Below the pieces are notes generated by a model. It ran no database searches, was not told where the DNA came from, and saw only the letters and a list, made by a program, of their open reading frames with translations. The translations under genes were made by a program, and so were the position numbers. A stretch of 62,073 bases of DNA from positions 1 to 62,073 of the forward strand of contig MFWV01000013.1 in the NCBI GenBank assembly GCA_001787405.1. Reading direction: 5' to 3'. Shown one piece after another: positions 9,476 through 18,996 of this stretch (position 1 is its first letter; each line of letters begins with the position of its first letter). Source of the DNA: Candidatus Pacebacteria bacterium RIFOXYA1_FULL_38_18. GTDB taxonomy: Bacteria; Patescibacteriota; Microgenomatia; UBA1400; PJMF01.

Positions 9476-10279
9476 ATGAAAAAGAACGATCAAACAGTCC
9501 TTTTATTCAAAAAGGCCATTTTTAGCAAACCAAAGGCTGAATTGCTAGAAATGCTCAATGACAAAGTTATAAGGTCTAAAAAACCCTTGGTTATCTTTAC
9601 TCCCAACCCAGAACAGCTGGTTTTGGCTCAAAAAAACACTCAATTTAGTAATTATTTAGAACAAGCAGACGTATTAATACCAGACGGAATTGGCTTGGTT
9701 TGGGCAGCCAAGCTTCATCATTTTTTTGGTCGCAAGAAAACTATTTTTGAAAGAATTTCTGGAATAGATTTGTCTATTGATCTACTCGAGTGGTCGTCAA
9801 AGCAAGGCGCGCAGGTTTTACTCTTGGGAGGAAAAGATTATTACCAGGCAGGAAAACAGGCGCTTCAGCTATCAGCTCATGGTCAATTACCTCAAAAACT
9901 ACGTTTATATTGGTTGGAAGGTTACAAAAAAGTGGGCGCGCCGACCCGTGCCGAAGAAGCAGTTGTTGCCCAAACGCTACGCTCATTGAAACCCAAATTG
10001 GTTTTGGTCGCCTTCGGCGCGCCCCACCAAGAGCAATGGGTAATTGAGCATCTGGACCTATTGACCAAATCTGGAACCAAGATAGTAATGGTGGTGGGTG
10101 GCGCTTTTGATGTACTCTTTGGTCGCCTAAAACGAGCCCCACTGTGGGTGAGGGCTATAGGTTTGGAATGGTTTTATCGTTTATTACAGGAACCACATCG
10201 CGCCCACAGACAATTAGCGCTACTAAGCTTTGTAGGTTTAACTTTTCAAGAAATCTTTTCCAAAAAAACCGCAAGATAA
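9476..10279 (+). CDS. WecG/TagA/CpsF-family glycosyltransferase
   Basis: IFTPNPEQLV..ADVLIPDGIGLVWAAK..VAFGAPHQEQWV..VGGAFDVLFGRLKRAPLWVRAIGLEWFYRLLQEP. The ORF track starts at TTG 9461; the first ATG is at 9476. Confidence 0.8.
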   Translation: MKKNDQTVLLFKKAIFSKPKAELLEMLNDKVIRSKKPLVIFTPNPEQLVLAQKNTQFSNYLEQADVLIPDGIGLVWAAKLHHFFGRKKTIFERISGIDLSIDLLEWSSKQGAQVLLLGGKDYYQAGKQALQLSAHGQLPQKLRLYWLEGYKKVGAPTRAEEAVVAQTLRSLKPKLVLVAFGAPHQEQWVIEHLDLLTKSGTKIVMVVGGAFDVLFGRLKRAPLWVRAIGLEWFYRLLQEPHRAHRQLALLSFVGLTFQEIFSKKTAR

Positions 10280-10558
10280 AGAGAATTTTGGTCAATCTTG
10301 AATCAATATTTAAAGCTTGGTTTTTTTTGACAAACAATCAAGCTTGAGAAATCTTGCTCATCATTATTTAAGTTTGAAACGAATGGCAAACTTATAAAAT
10401 ATGTTCTATTGCTTGATAGATAGATATATTAATTATCAATAAAGTAGATTAAGCAATAGACTGGTAAGTGATATTTAGTTACCTTTTTTGTCAACGAAGG
10501 CAACCAATCAATTGCTAATAAAAAAATTGATGGAATTCATCAAAACGTTTTTTTTGAC

Positions 10559-10828
10559 TTATTCTTCACTGGGATTAACGCCCAATAGCCACATCACCGC
10601 TTCTTTTTTATAGCGACGATCTCCACGGGAGTTAATACGAATTGCTGGCAACTTACCACGTTTGCCCCAACGCTTAATAGTCAGAGGAGAGACCCTCAAT
10701 AAATCTGCCACTTCACGGACCGTGAGTAGGTCAGGCAGATTATTTATATCTAGTTTTGCAGCATCGGTAGCTTTACCGGTTCTTTTTTCAGAAGCATCCG
10801 CTGCAATGGTGGCAGACATATCATTCAT
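10559..10828 (-). CDS. excisionase/MerR-type helix-turn-helix DNA-binding protein
   Basis: LLTVREVADLLRVSPLTIKRWGKRGKLPAIRINSRGDRRYKKEAV. The N-terminus looks disordered. Confidence 0.6.
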   Translation of the reverse strand: MNDMSATIAADASEKRTGKATDAAKLDINNLPDLLTVREVADLLRVSPLTIKRWGKRGKLPAIRINSRGDRRYKKEAVMWLLGVNPSEE

Positions 10829-10931
10829 TTAGGCCTTTCTTTTTTATAAATCTATATACAAAAGTAGCAGAATGCGCGCAACGTGGTCAATAGGGGATTT
10901 CAAAACAGATCAATTGACGTCAGAGGGAATT

Positions 10932-10960
10932 AAAAAACCCCGCTATAAAGCGGGGTTTTA
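10932..10960. terminator. bidirectional intrinsic terminator downstream of rplL
   Basis: AAAAAA-CCCCGC-TATAAA-GCGGGG-TTTT. The 6-bp GC stem (10938-10943 / 10950-10955) is flanked by an A-run and a T-run. Confidence 0.7.
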
Positions 10961-10984
10961 AATTGCTTTTTGATAGGTAAGTGG

Positions 10985-11446
10985 TTATTTAAGTTCCACT
11001 ACGCAACCAGCCTCTTCTAAGGTTTTCTTGGCGGCTTCAGCATCTTCTTTCTTGGCAGCTTCCAAAAGAGTCTTGGGAGCAGATTCCACGAAAGTTTTGG
11101 CTTCACCCAAACCAAGTTCAGGTTTCAAAACTCTGACGGCTTTGATAGCAGCGATTTTATTGGAACCACCATCTTTCAAAATGACGTCAAATTCGTCTTT
11201 TTCTTCTACTGGAGCAGCAGCGGCAGCAGCAGGCATAGCACCCATCATCATGGGAGCAGCAGCACTGACACCAAACTCATCTTCCAGAGCGGAAACGAGA
11301 TCGGAGACTTCCATCAAAGATAGTTCTTTGACAGCATCGACGATTTTTTGTACTTTGGCAGGAAGTTTTTTAGCTTCCTTGGTTTCTTTGACCTCTTCGG
11401 TCTTGGTTTCGGACTTTTCCTCGACCTTTTTAGTATCTTCGGACAT
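10985..11446 (-). CDS. rplL: 50S ribosomal protein L7/L12 with K/E-rich N-terminal extension
   Basis: ..[81 protein letters not shown]. About 30 extra N-terminal residues. Confidence 0.9.
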   Translation of the reverse strand: MSEDTKKVEEKSETKTEEVKETKEAKKLPAKVQKIVDAVKELSLMEVSDLVSALEDEFGVSAAAPMMMGAMPAAAAAAPVEEKDEFDVILKDGGSNKIAAIKAVRVLKPELGLGEAKTFVESAPKTLLEAAKKEDAEAAKKTLEEAGCVVELK

Positions 11447-11485
11447 AATTTCCTTTAACTAAATACTTATTACTTTTTTGGCGGC

Positions 11486-11995
11486 TTATTCGGATTTTTG
11501 ATCACGAATGGCACGCAGAGCATAGACAAGATCTCTAGAGCCTGCTTTGAGAGCGTTAACGAGTCCAAATTGAGGTCCCTTTAACCTGATTATCAAAGTG
11601 CTAATCAATTCTTGCTTGCTTGGCAATTTGCTGAGTGCTTCAACTTCGGCTGGAGACAATACTTTGTCATCCATAAAGCCTTGTTTGATGGTCAGCTGTC
11701 CGCGATCTTCATGAAACTTGAATAATTGTTTCAGAGCGGACACGGCATCTTCATTGGAAAAGACTACGGCATTCATTCCGGTGAGGGAATCAATTAGTTT
11801 GCCTTTACCAACTGCCAAATCAATGAGAGTGTTTTTGGTAACGAACATTTCGCCACCTACTTCTTCCAGAGCTGATCTCAATGCGACTTGATCGTTCACT
11901 GAGGTGCCACTGTAGTCGAACACGACCACTGATTTTGCTTGTGCAAGCTTATTTTGTAAGATCTCGACTTGCTCCAAGTTCTTTTTACTTGGCAT
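11486..11995 (-). CDS. rplJ: 50S ribosomal protein L10
   Basis: Directly upstream of rpl[40 protein letters not shown] is an L10-like N-terminus. Confidence 0.85.
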   Translation of the reverse strand: MPSKKNLEQVEILQNKLAQAKSVVVFDYSGTSVNDQVALRSALEEVGGEMFVTKNTLIDLAVGKGKLIDSLTGMNAVVFSNEDAVSALKQLFKFHEDRGQLTIKQGFMDDKVLSPAEVEALSKLPSKQELISTLIIRLKGPQFGLVNALKAGSRDLVYALRAIRDQKSE

Positions 11996-12175
11996 AGCAA
12001 ATCCTTTTCTTTTGGCTATTACTTAAAGAGCTGTTTGAGAAGAAAGTGGAAATACAAAAAAGAGAAAAAATTCGTTTGAGTAAATTACTCAGATTGAATC
12101 TTAATTTCTCCTCGGTGTGGTATTTCACTCCGCCACGGCGGAGACACACTGTCTTCGGAAACGAAAAGTATTGTA
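11996..12175 (-). promoter_or_regulatory. candidate rplJ promoter and structured leader
   Basis: Minus strand TGATACAAT (-10 at 12170-12175). The roughly 165 nt leader contains nested helices GTGTG/CACAC around CTCCGC-CGTG-GCGGAG (12128-12150), then a weak hairpin plus a U-run. L10-leader-like by position only. Confidence 0.3.
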
Positions 12176-12186
12176 TCATTATTATC

Positions 12187-14169
12187 ATGCTATGCAACAG
12201 CTCAAGAACTTGGTGGAGTTTTTTCTTTAAATTAATCGTCATTACTGGTATCTTTTCTATTTTTTTTACCAGGTTTACTACACAAATAGAGGCCAAAGAG
12301 TACAGCATCAATTCTTTGTTAATTGAGGCAATCATTCGACCAGACGGATCGATGGAAGTTACTGAAAAGCGCCTTTATGATTTTCGTGATGATTTTGCTT
12401 TTGCTTATCAATATTTATATCATCATCCAGATCAAGCATTGGCCCCACACCGTTCAGAACCTTATGAAATCAGAATCAAAAGTATTTGTGATGAGCTCAA
12501 ATGTTATGCGTTCTTGCCTTACGATCAAGTAGATATAGACAATCGACGCAACAATCCAGCCGGTACCTTCACTGTGTTGCAAGAGACCCAAAAAACTTAT
12601 TTTCAGTGGCATTTTAAGGCTATTTTTGAACAAAAAACCTTTACTTTAAACTATGTTGTAGATAATGCCATCACTCTTCATGAAGATACAGCCGAGCTTT
12701 ATTGGCAATTTATAGGCGATGAATGGGAGGTATCACATTCCAATATTTTAATCACTGTGATTTTGCCGGAGGGAATTGACGGCGAGCAAATTTCAGCATG
12801 GATGCATGAAGTACAAGGCGGTGTCATAAATATTGTTGATGATCGTACCGTTACCTTTCAGCTGGTCAATAATCCCATTGGAAGATTTACGGAAACTAGA
12901 ATTATTTTTCCCAAAGAAGTAATGAGTGGTGGTGCAGCTGGGAGTGCTTCACGAGCATTGATTATTGATCAGGAAAATGAGTTCATTCGTCGCACCGAAC
13001 GAGCTAATCAATGGCAAAATGTACTCATTTTAATTTGGTTGGCACTGATAATTTGGGCGTGGGTAGTAGCTTTGCGAGAAGTTTATCGTTTTGTACGTCA
13101 CGATATTCAGCGCATTCCACCAGCCAACTTGGCCAATCGATTTTGGGAACCTCCTAGTGATTTGGAACCAGCTTTGGTGGAGCAATTATTGAGTGGTTCC
13201 AAAGAAATTACTGCGCGTGCTTTTACGGCTACTGCACTGTCACTGGTTCAACAAAAAGCGATGCGTATTATTCGCAGTGATGAAAAGAAAGGTTTATTTG
13301 TCAAAGATTATGAATATGGTTTCGAGCAAACCAAAAAACAAAAAAATCTAACTGAGGTTCAACAATCTGTTTTTGATTATATTTTTAAAACTATTGGCAG
13401 AAATGAAAAAGTTGTCTGGTTTACGGAATTAATCAAATATAGCAAGAAGCATAATATTACTGCCTATAATTTTATAAAAAAACTAGGCAGGACAGCTTTG
13501 GCCAGTAATGTCAAACAAGGAATGTTTGATGATAAAAAAGCTTCCAGATTTTTGACTACGCTCAAACCGCTTGGCAGACCGCTTTTGGTGGGAATTTGCT
13601 TGTTTGCGATCAGCTCAATGTTGTTAGCATTCAATCGATATTTTGAAGTTAGTTCGTTGATTTTATCGATTACACTGGGTTTGCCTTTTCAAATCTTTAT
13701 TCCTGGAATAACACTATTAATCATCGGAACCGTAAGAGACATGCCTCATCGGACAGTCAAAGGTTTAGAGGAGGCCTCTCTTTGGAAAGCTTTCAAAAAA
13801 CACATGCAGGATTATCAACAAACCAAAAAATATCCCATAGACTCGATCATTCTTTGGGAAAAATATCTAGTTTATGGTGCGTTATTTGGAGTGTCTGCCA
13901 AAACACTATCACAGTTACCAATTCAATTTAGCAGTGAAGAGTTTCAAAAAACAGCTGGTTATTGGGGAGTTCATTCGTTTGATTCAATTGGCTCAGCTAC
14001 AGCGCAGACTGCTTCTTTGGGTCAAGCTTTGGGTTCGGTTTCTTCTGCACTTTCTTCACTATCTAGCTCTACCAGCAAAAGTTTTGGTGCTTCTGGCTCT
14101 GGTTCGTCTGGCGGTTCATCTGGCGGTGGCGGAGGTGGTGGCGGCGGTGGTGGCGGCGGAGCAGGATAA
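12187..14169 (+). CDS. DUF2207-like membrane protein with poly-Gly C-terminal tail
   Basis: Signal/TM, then YSINSLLIEAIIRPDGSMEVTEKRLYDFRDDF (DUF2207-type N-domain), several TM helices, and a GSGSSGGSSGGGGGGGGGGGGGAG tail. The ORF track start at 12046 overlaps the rplJ leader, so I prefer ATG 12187. Confidence 0.55.
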   Translation: MLCNSSRTWWSFFFKLIVITGIFSIFFTRFTTQIEAKEYSINSLLIEAIIRPDGSMEVTEKRLYDFRDDFAFAYQYLYHHPDQALAPHRSEPYEIRIKSICDELKCYAFLPYDQVDIDNRRNNPAGTFTVLQETQKTYFQWHFKAIFEQKTFTLNYVVDNAITLHEDTAELYWQFIGDEWEVSHSNILITVILPEGIDGEQISAWMHEVQGGVINIVDDRTVTFQLVNNPIGRFTETRIIFPKEVMSGGAAGSASRALIIDQENEFIRRTERANQWQNVLILIWLALIIWAWVVALREVYRFVRHDIQRIPPANLANRFWEPPSDLEPALVEQLLSGSKEITARAFTATALSLVQQKAMRIIRSDEKKGLFVKDYEYGFEQTKKQKNLTEVQQSVFDYIFKTIGRNEKVVWFTELIKYSKKHNITAYNFIKKLGRTALASNVKQGMFDDKKASRFLTTLKPLGRPLLVGICLFAISSMLLAFNRYFEVSSLILSITLGLPFQIFIPGITLLIIGTVRDMPHRTVKGLEEASLWKAFKKHMQDYQQTKKYPIDSIILWEKYLVYGALFGVSAKTLSQLPIQFSSEEFQKTAGYWGVHSFDSIGSATAQTASLGQALGSVSSALSSLSSSTSKSFGASGSGSSGGSSGGGGGGGGGGGGGAG

Positions 14170-14337
14170 TCTGCCTTTTTTTCCAGGTTGGCTAATTTTC
14201 CAAAGTATTCATTTTTTATCAATTAAAAAATTGTGATACATTCTTCATCTTCAAAAGAAGTATGGAGTATGTGAAATTTTCATTTTTGAAAGAAGTGCGG
14301 AGTTTATAAACTTATACAAACGACTCATACAGACAAT

Positions 14338-14365
14338 TTGCTTTGTGAATTTTTTGAGTTACAAT
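14338..14365 (+). promoter_or_regulatory. candidate promoter of the thrS leader
   Basis: TTGCTT (14338-14343), 16 nt spacer, TACAAT (14360-14365). ATG of the mini-ORF lies 8 nt downstream. Confidence 0.4.
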
Positions 14366-14373
14366 TTGAGTCG

Positions 14374-14421
14374 ATGTTGTTTTTATTTAACTCAACCACC
14401 ACCACCGCTACTACCCGTTAG
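14374..14421 (+). CDS. Thr-rich leader peptide MLFLFNSTTTTATTR (candidate attenuator peptide for thrS)
   Basis: ATG TTG TTT TTA TTT AAC TCA ACC ACC ACC ACC GCT ACT ACC CGT TAG, read directly from the sequence. Too short for the ORF track. Confidence 0.55.
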   Translation: MLFLFNSTTTTATTR

Positions 14422-14450
14422 GGGAGGGGTGTGGTGTAAGTTAAACGCGT

Positions 14451-14480
14451 AACCCTCTCAAACTGAAGAGGGTTTTTTTA
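14451..14480 (+). terminator. intrinsic terminator inside the thrS leader
   Basis: AACCCTCT (14451-14458), 8-nt loop, AGAGGGTT (14467-14474), with a run of 7 T (14473-14479). It lies 17 nt before the thrS ORF. Confidence 0.65.
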
Positions 14481-14496
14481 TTTTAAAAATAAGCTA

Positions 14497-16335
14497 GTGA
14501 AACAGCCCAAAAAACCAAGTACAATAAAGAAAGAACATATGGCAAAACCAATAGAAAACTCAAATCAACTTTTAAAGATTCGTCACACCACAGAGCACGT
14601 TTTAACCATGGCGATGCTCAAGCTTTATGGTGCTGACAAAGTCACAATGGCCATGGGTCCAGCCACCGATGATGGTTTTTATTTTGATTTTGATAGTGAC
14701 CATGACTTCAAGATTTCTGAAACTGAGTTTCCCAAGATTGAAGCAGAAATGCAACGCATTATTGATCAGAATTTACCAATGAGTAAACAGACTATTGCCA
14801 TAAAAGAAGCTAGAAAAATGTTTGCTGGCAATGCTTATAAACAAGAGTGGTTGGATGAGATTGAAGCCAAAGGCGAAGAGGCCACTGTTTATTGGTTAGG
14901 TGAACCCGATCAAGAAAATTCATTTGTTGATCTTTGTGCCGGTCCGCATGTTGAATCTACTGGTGAAATTAAAGCATTCAAGTTATTAAGCATTGCCGGA
15001 GCCTATTGGCATGGTGATGAAAAAAATAAAATGCTGACCAGAATTTATGGCACAGCCTTTGAGTCACCAGAGGAGTTAGACAGTTACATCGTCAATTTGG
15101 AAGAAGCTAAAAAACGCGATCACCGCAAACTCGGTCGTGAACTAGACCTGTTTAGTTTTTCTGATTTAGTTGGTCCCGGCTTACCACTGTGGTCACCCAA
15201 AGGCACGATTTTGCGTAATCTTTTGGATGATTTTGTTTGGCAGTTGCGTCAGCAAAAAGGTTATTCAAAAGTAGAGATTCCGCACATTACCAAAAAAGAT
15301 TTATATGAAGTCAGCGGACATTGGGATAAATTTGGCGATGAATTGTTTCGCATGACTACCAAAGAAGGCCACGAGTTTGTATTAAAGCCAATGAATTGTC
15401 CTCATCATGCTCAAATTTATGCTCGGAAACAATTTAGTTATCGTGAAATGCCTCAACGCTATTCCAATACCACTATGGTCTATCGTGACGAACAAACAGG
15501 AGAATTGACTGGTTTATCCAGAGTACGCTCTATTACCCAAGATGACTCACACGTTTTCTGTCGTCAAAATCAAGTAACCGAAGAGGTTAATGCTGTTTGG
15601 GATATCGTAGAAAAATTTTATCAAGCGTTTGATTTTGAATTACAACCACGTTTATCTTTGCATGATCCTAAAGAATCAGAAAAATATTTGGGTAAAGAAG
15701 AGCAGTGGTTGGAAGCAGAAGAACAATTGCGAAAATTGGTTCGCGTCAGAGGTGTAGAAGCCATTGAGGCAGTGGGTGAGGCCGCTTTTTATGGTCCCAA
15801 GCTTGATTTTATGGCTTATGACTCTCTTGGTCGAGAGTGGCAAGTGGCTACTATTCAACTGGATTTTAATATGCCAGAGCGTTTTGACCTTTTTTGTATC
15901 AATGAAGTTGGAGAGCAAGAACGGATAGTAATGATTCATGTAGCTATCATGGGTTCCGTTGAGCGCTTTTTATCAATTATTATCGAGCACTTTGGAGGAG
16001 CATTCCCTGTTTGGTTAGCCCCAGTTCAAGCCAAGATTTTACCGATTGCAGACCGGCATCTTAATTATGCTCAAAAACTTAAAGAACAATTGGCAACTCA
16101 GGGCATTCGTGCCGAAATTGATGATCGTAGCGAGCGTTTGCCGGCCAAAATTCGAGATGCTCAAATGGAAAAAGTTCCTTACATGTTGACGATTGGTGAT
16201 CGTGAAATTGATAATAATCAGCTCAATGTTCGTCAACGTGATGGCTCGCAACAGACCGTGAAAGTTGAAGATTTCATCAAAGAAACGGTTGAAATTGTCA
16301 AACAAAAACGGCTGGAATCAAGTCTTTTGACCTGA
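14497..16335 (+). CDS. thrS: threonyl-tRNA synthetase lacking the N-terminal TGS domain
   Basis: HTTEHVLTMAM (editing-domain HxxxH) already at about residue 30. Class II motifs (FRMTTKEGHEFVLKPMNCPHH, RVRSITQDDSHVF, GPKLDF). Anticodon-binding C-terminus. GTG 14497 or ATG 14539 are possible starts. Confidence 0.9.
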   Translation: MKQPKKPSTIKKEHMAKPIENSNQLLKIRHTTEHVLTMAMLKLYGADKVTMAMGPATDDGFYFDFDSDHDFKISETEFPKIEAEMQRIIDQNLPMSKQTIAIKEARKMFAGNAYKQEWLDEIEAKGEEATVYWLGEPDQENSFVDLCAGPHVESTGEIKAFKLLSIAGAYWHGDEKNKMLTRIYGTAFESPEELDSYIVNLEEAKKRDHRKLGRELDLFSFSDLVGPGLPLWSPKGTILRNLLDDFVWQLRQQKGYSKVEIPHITKKDLYEVSGHWDKFGDELFRMTTKEGHEFVLKPMNCPHHAQIYARKQFSYREMPQRYSNTTMVYRDEQTGELTGLSRVRSITQDDSHVFCRQNQVTEEVNAVWDIVEKFYQAFDFELQPRLSLHDPKESEKYLGKEEQWLEAEEQLRKLVRVRGVEAIEAVGEAAFYGPKLDFMAYDSLGREWQVATIQLDFNMPERFDLFCINEVGEQERIVMIHVAIMGSVERFLSIIIEHFGGAFPVWLAPVQAKILPIADRHLNYAQKLKEQLATQGIRAEIDDRSERLPAKIRDAQMEKVPYMLTIGDREIDNNQLNVRQRDGSQQTVKVEDFIKETVEIVKQKRLESSLLT

Positions 16336-16382
16336 ACAATCAATTGAAAAATTAAAATTGATCGAGCGTAAAACGACTAGAT

Positions 16383-17567
16383 TTATTCGTCGACAGGCTC
16401 TTCAGTCAAGGCTTCTGCTTCTGCTATTTCTTGATTTTCAGTAGTTTTTGCTGACATATTTTTCAATACCAACCTATCTATGGTAAATGGAGCAGCCAAA
16501 GAAATGACTTCTAGAGTAAAAATAGATAACTCAAAAGCACTGGGAATTTGATTGGTGATAAAAAAAGCACCCAAACCAACTATTCCAGCGGTAAAAAATG
16601 TATCTTTGAGCATTTCTTTTTGAATTTCATCAATGTCTTTGGTTTCCAAACCCATCTTTTTGGCCAAATTACCTCTGCGTATAATTTTAGGAATACCGTG
16701 ATAGACCAGTACTGAGAAAGTCACAATGGCAGTAACGGTATTGAAAGTTCGATTGGGAATACTAACGTCTCCGCTAAAAATGCGAAAATCCCAACCAATC
16801 GGAAAATGTCGCACCAAAATCCAGGCTAGGAAAAAGAAAACCAATAAATAGCCAGTGGCATAATGACCCCATCGTCCGCCAAACATTTTTTGTTCAGTTG
16901 CTGATCCGCGCTGACTGCGAATAGTTCGTCTGGCGATAAAAATAATGACTTGTAAAATAAGTAAGACAATCCAGACTATCAGTAATGTTTGCCAGCCAAA
17001 ATCAGTAGTTTCAGTGACCGTTAGATAGGGGATTTTAAACCAAGTATCTTTGATGGGGTAATCTGGGTAAGGAACCCAACTGTAAAGTATTTTAGCGTCA
17101 ATTGCTTTGGAATAAAAATCTGTCAAAAACAACCGTCCTATGGAAATGTACGAAACCAATTGCATGATGAAATCTACGGCATAGAACAAGAAAGTAATGT
17201 TTCCCTGACGGAACTTCTTTTTGAGAATAAAACCTTGTTGGTCAGTACCTTTGAGTTTGGTAACGGTTTGTTGAAATTCTTTAATACTATTAGCCTTAAT
17301 CACTCTGACAAGGCGAAAGGGAATTAGTAAAAGAGTTTGAGTAACACCGAGTAGCACTACCGAGATCCACATGCTGTTGATCACGCTGTAAAACGCAAAC
17401 AAAATACTGGCATAAAATTGATAGCTCAAGCCAGAGAAAAAAGCATAGACTAGCAAGATAATGGCCGTGATAGAAACAATAGTGCTGAAAGTGGGTAGGT
17501 TGACATGAGAACTGATTCTGGAATCACGAGTTAGGGGTAGTTGGTTTCCAAATTGGCTTTCAGTCAT
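16383..17567 (-). CDS. multi-pass membrane protein, possibly a divergent YidC/Oxa1-family insertase
   Basis: WISVVLLGVTQTLLLIPFRLVRVIKANSIKEFQQTVTKLKG..KKKFRQGNITFLFYAVDFIMQLVSYISIGRLF parallels the YidC core TM1, amphipathic hairpin and TM2. The match is weak. Confidence 0.4.
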   Translation of the reverse strand: MTESQFGNQLPLTRDSRISSHVNLPTFSTIVSITAIILLVYAFFSGLSYQFYASILFAFYSVINSMWISVVLLGVTQTLLLIPFRLVRVIKANSIKEFQQTVTKLKGTDQQGFILKKKFRQGNITFLFYAVDFIMQLVSYISIGRLFLTDFYSKAIDAKILYSWVPYPDYPIKDTWFKIPYLTVTETTDFGWQTLLIVWIVLLILQVIIFIARRTIRSQRGSATEQKMFGGRWGHYATGYLLVFFFLAWILVRHFPIGWDFRIFSGDVSIPNRTFNTVTAIVTFSVLVYHGIPKIIRRGNLAKKMGLETKDIDEIQKEMLKDTFFTAGIVGLGAFFITNQIPSAFELSIFTLEVISLAAPFTIDRLVLKNMSAKTTENQEIAEAEALTEEPVDE

Positions 17568-17612
17568 GTGAGAAGATTATTGTACAGCACTAGGTAGAAA
17601 GAAAGGGTGGAT

Positions 17613-18167
17613 TTAATTTGGTTTTTTTAAATAGAAGAATCTATTTTCTTTTTTACCCAAAAACTCAAAACCAAATTGTTGATAAATTTTTTGGGCGACT
17701 GAATTTCCTGAAGCAGTACTCAGCCACACATTTTCTTTGGAATTAGTTTGCCAAAAATGAGCAAAAGTCTTTTTCAGCAATGGAAGAGAGAGTCTCTTAC
17801 CACGCGCATTTTGATAGAGGCGGATACCCAATGTCCAATGACTGGGTTCGATCAATAAAAGCGAATCAGTAATCAAGTTTTCTACGGACAATAATTCATG
17901 AGAAAACCAGACAAGACCTGATAATTCATTTGGTTTTTCTTTGGGTGTAAGAATATAAATGATTCGTGGGCCAGCTAGCCAGGTTTTTAGTTTTTGGAGA
18001 GTAGAAAAACGTTGGGGATCAGAAGTAAATTTGGCAAGCAAGGGATCATTTTTGACAGCCGTCATTATTTGTTGCTGGTGAATCTCACGCAATCCTTGCC
18101 ACAAACTAAATTGATTGCCTATTTGATCAGTTATACAACCAGCACAAATTAAACTTATTTTTTGCAC
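17613..18167 (-). CDS. GNAT-family N-acetyltransferase (tentative)
   Basis: YQNARGKRLSLPLLKKTFAHFW..VAQKIYQQFGFEFLG resembles GNAT motif A and the C-terminal beta-strand. Confidence 0.45.
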   Translation of the reverse strand: MQKISLICAGCITDQIGNQFSLWQGLREIHQQQIMTAVKNDPLLAKFTSDPQRFSTLQKLKTWLAGPRIIYILTPKEKPNELSGLVWFSHELLSVENLITDSLLLIEPSHWTLGIRLYQNARGKRLSLPLLKKTFAHFWQTNSKENVWLSTASGNSVAQKIYQQFGFEFLGKKENRFFYLKKPN

Positions 18168-18218
18168 AGCATTATTCTAACCCAATTTAAATTTGATAGG
18201 AAAATTGAAAAAAGCGTG

Positions 18219-18974
18219 TTAAACGCTTTCAATGTCTACTTTTACCCCAGGTCCCATTGTGGGAGAAAGAATTACACGCACCGCCCTGCCCTTTAGAGCA
18301 TTTAGCAAAGTACGTAAATTCTCGATTAGTTTCTTTGTTTCCATAGAAGTTTTTCCTAAGGGAAGATGAATTAAAGGTTGTTTTTTTTCGGATTTTAAAA
18401 TCTGTTTGCCAGCTGCCAATTCTTTAATTGCTTGAGCTGGATTGGTAGTCAAAGTGCCGTTTTTGGGGTTAGGCATTAAGCCTTTTGGTCCCAATAATTT
18501 AGCGTGTTTGGCCAATTTGGGCATGAATTCTGGAGAACTAACCAAAACATCAAAATCAATCTTACCCGCCTCAATTTCTTTCAAAACTTGTTCGTCAACT
18601 ACAACCACTTTGCGTTGTTGACCGGTAGAGTGGGGTAGAGTGACCTCCACGCTAACATCTGTATTTTTTACTTCAATATCAGCATTGATCGTACCTTCAA
18701 ATTTGCTATAAGAAAGTTTTTTGACCAATTCTATGGCAGATAATGCGTCATATTGACGAGTTCGATCCACTTTTGACTTGACTGCTTGGTATTTTTTGCT
18801 CCTCACTTTTTGAATTTTAGGTTTAACTGTTTTCTCAACTGGTTGATTTTCTGAATCAGAATTTTGGTTGGTTTGGTTTGTTGCTTGATTATCGCCAACT
18901 TTTTTTTCTGGATCAGTGACGATCTTTACCTTCATTTCTTTGCTGGACATATCAACATTTTTGGTAGTACCCAT
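18219..18974 (-). CDS. rplA: 50S ribosomal protein L1 with about 55-aa low-complexity N-terminal extension
   Basis: SKKYQAVKSKVDRTRQYDALSAIELVKKLSYSKFEGTINADIEV..LGPKGLMPNPKNGT. Confidence 0.9.
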   Translation of the reverse strand: MGTTKNVDMSSKEMKVKIVTDPEKKVGDNQATNQTNQNSDSENQPVEKTVKPKIQKVRSKKYQAVKSKVDRTRQYDALSAIELVKKLSYSKFEGTINADIEVKNTDVSVEVTLPHSTGQQRKVVVVDEQVLKEIEAGKIDFDVLVSSPEFMPKLAKHAKLLGPKGLMPNPKNGTLTTNPAQAIKELAAGKQILKSEKKQPLIHLPLGKTSMETKKLIENLRTLLNALKGRAVRVILSPTMGPGVKVDIESV

Positions 18975-18996
18975 AGTTTCCTTTAAAAATATTTAA

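Noticed and set aside
11028-11462. 144-aa Ala/Ser-rich ORF on the plus strand.
   Set aside because: It is exactly antisense to rplL, and its composition mirrors the Ala/Glu/Lys codons of L7/L12.
11985-12335. 116-aa minus-strand ORF, and the first 47 codons of the 12046 plus-strand ORF.
   Set aside because: Both lie in the rplJ promoter/leader region, have junk-like composition and overlap each other. The DUF2207-like domain begins right after ATG 12187.
13874-14236. ORFs 13874..14236(+) and 14022..14222(-, poly-Pro).
   Set aside because: They are alternative-frame or antisense readings of the (GGN)n tract encoding the poly-Gly tail of the DUF2207-like protein.
14240-14480. T-box riboswitch upstream of thrS. 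GGGTGTGGTG resembles the T-box GGGUGGU, and a terminator is present.
   Set aside because: The best promoter (TACAAT 14360-14365) leaves only about 110 nt of leader, too short for Stem I. I see no specifier loop or K-turn. The UGGU bulge would not match the U73 discriminator of both tRNA-Thr genes in this window. The Thr-codon mini-ORF explains the same terminator better.
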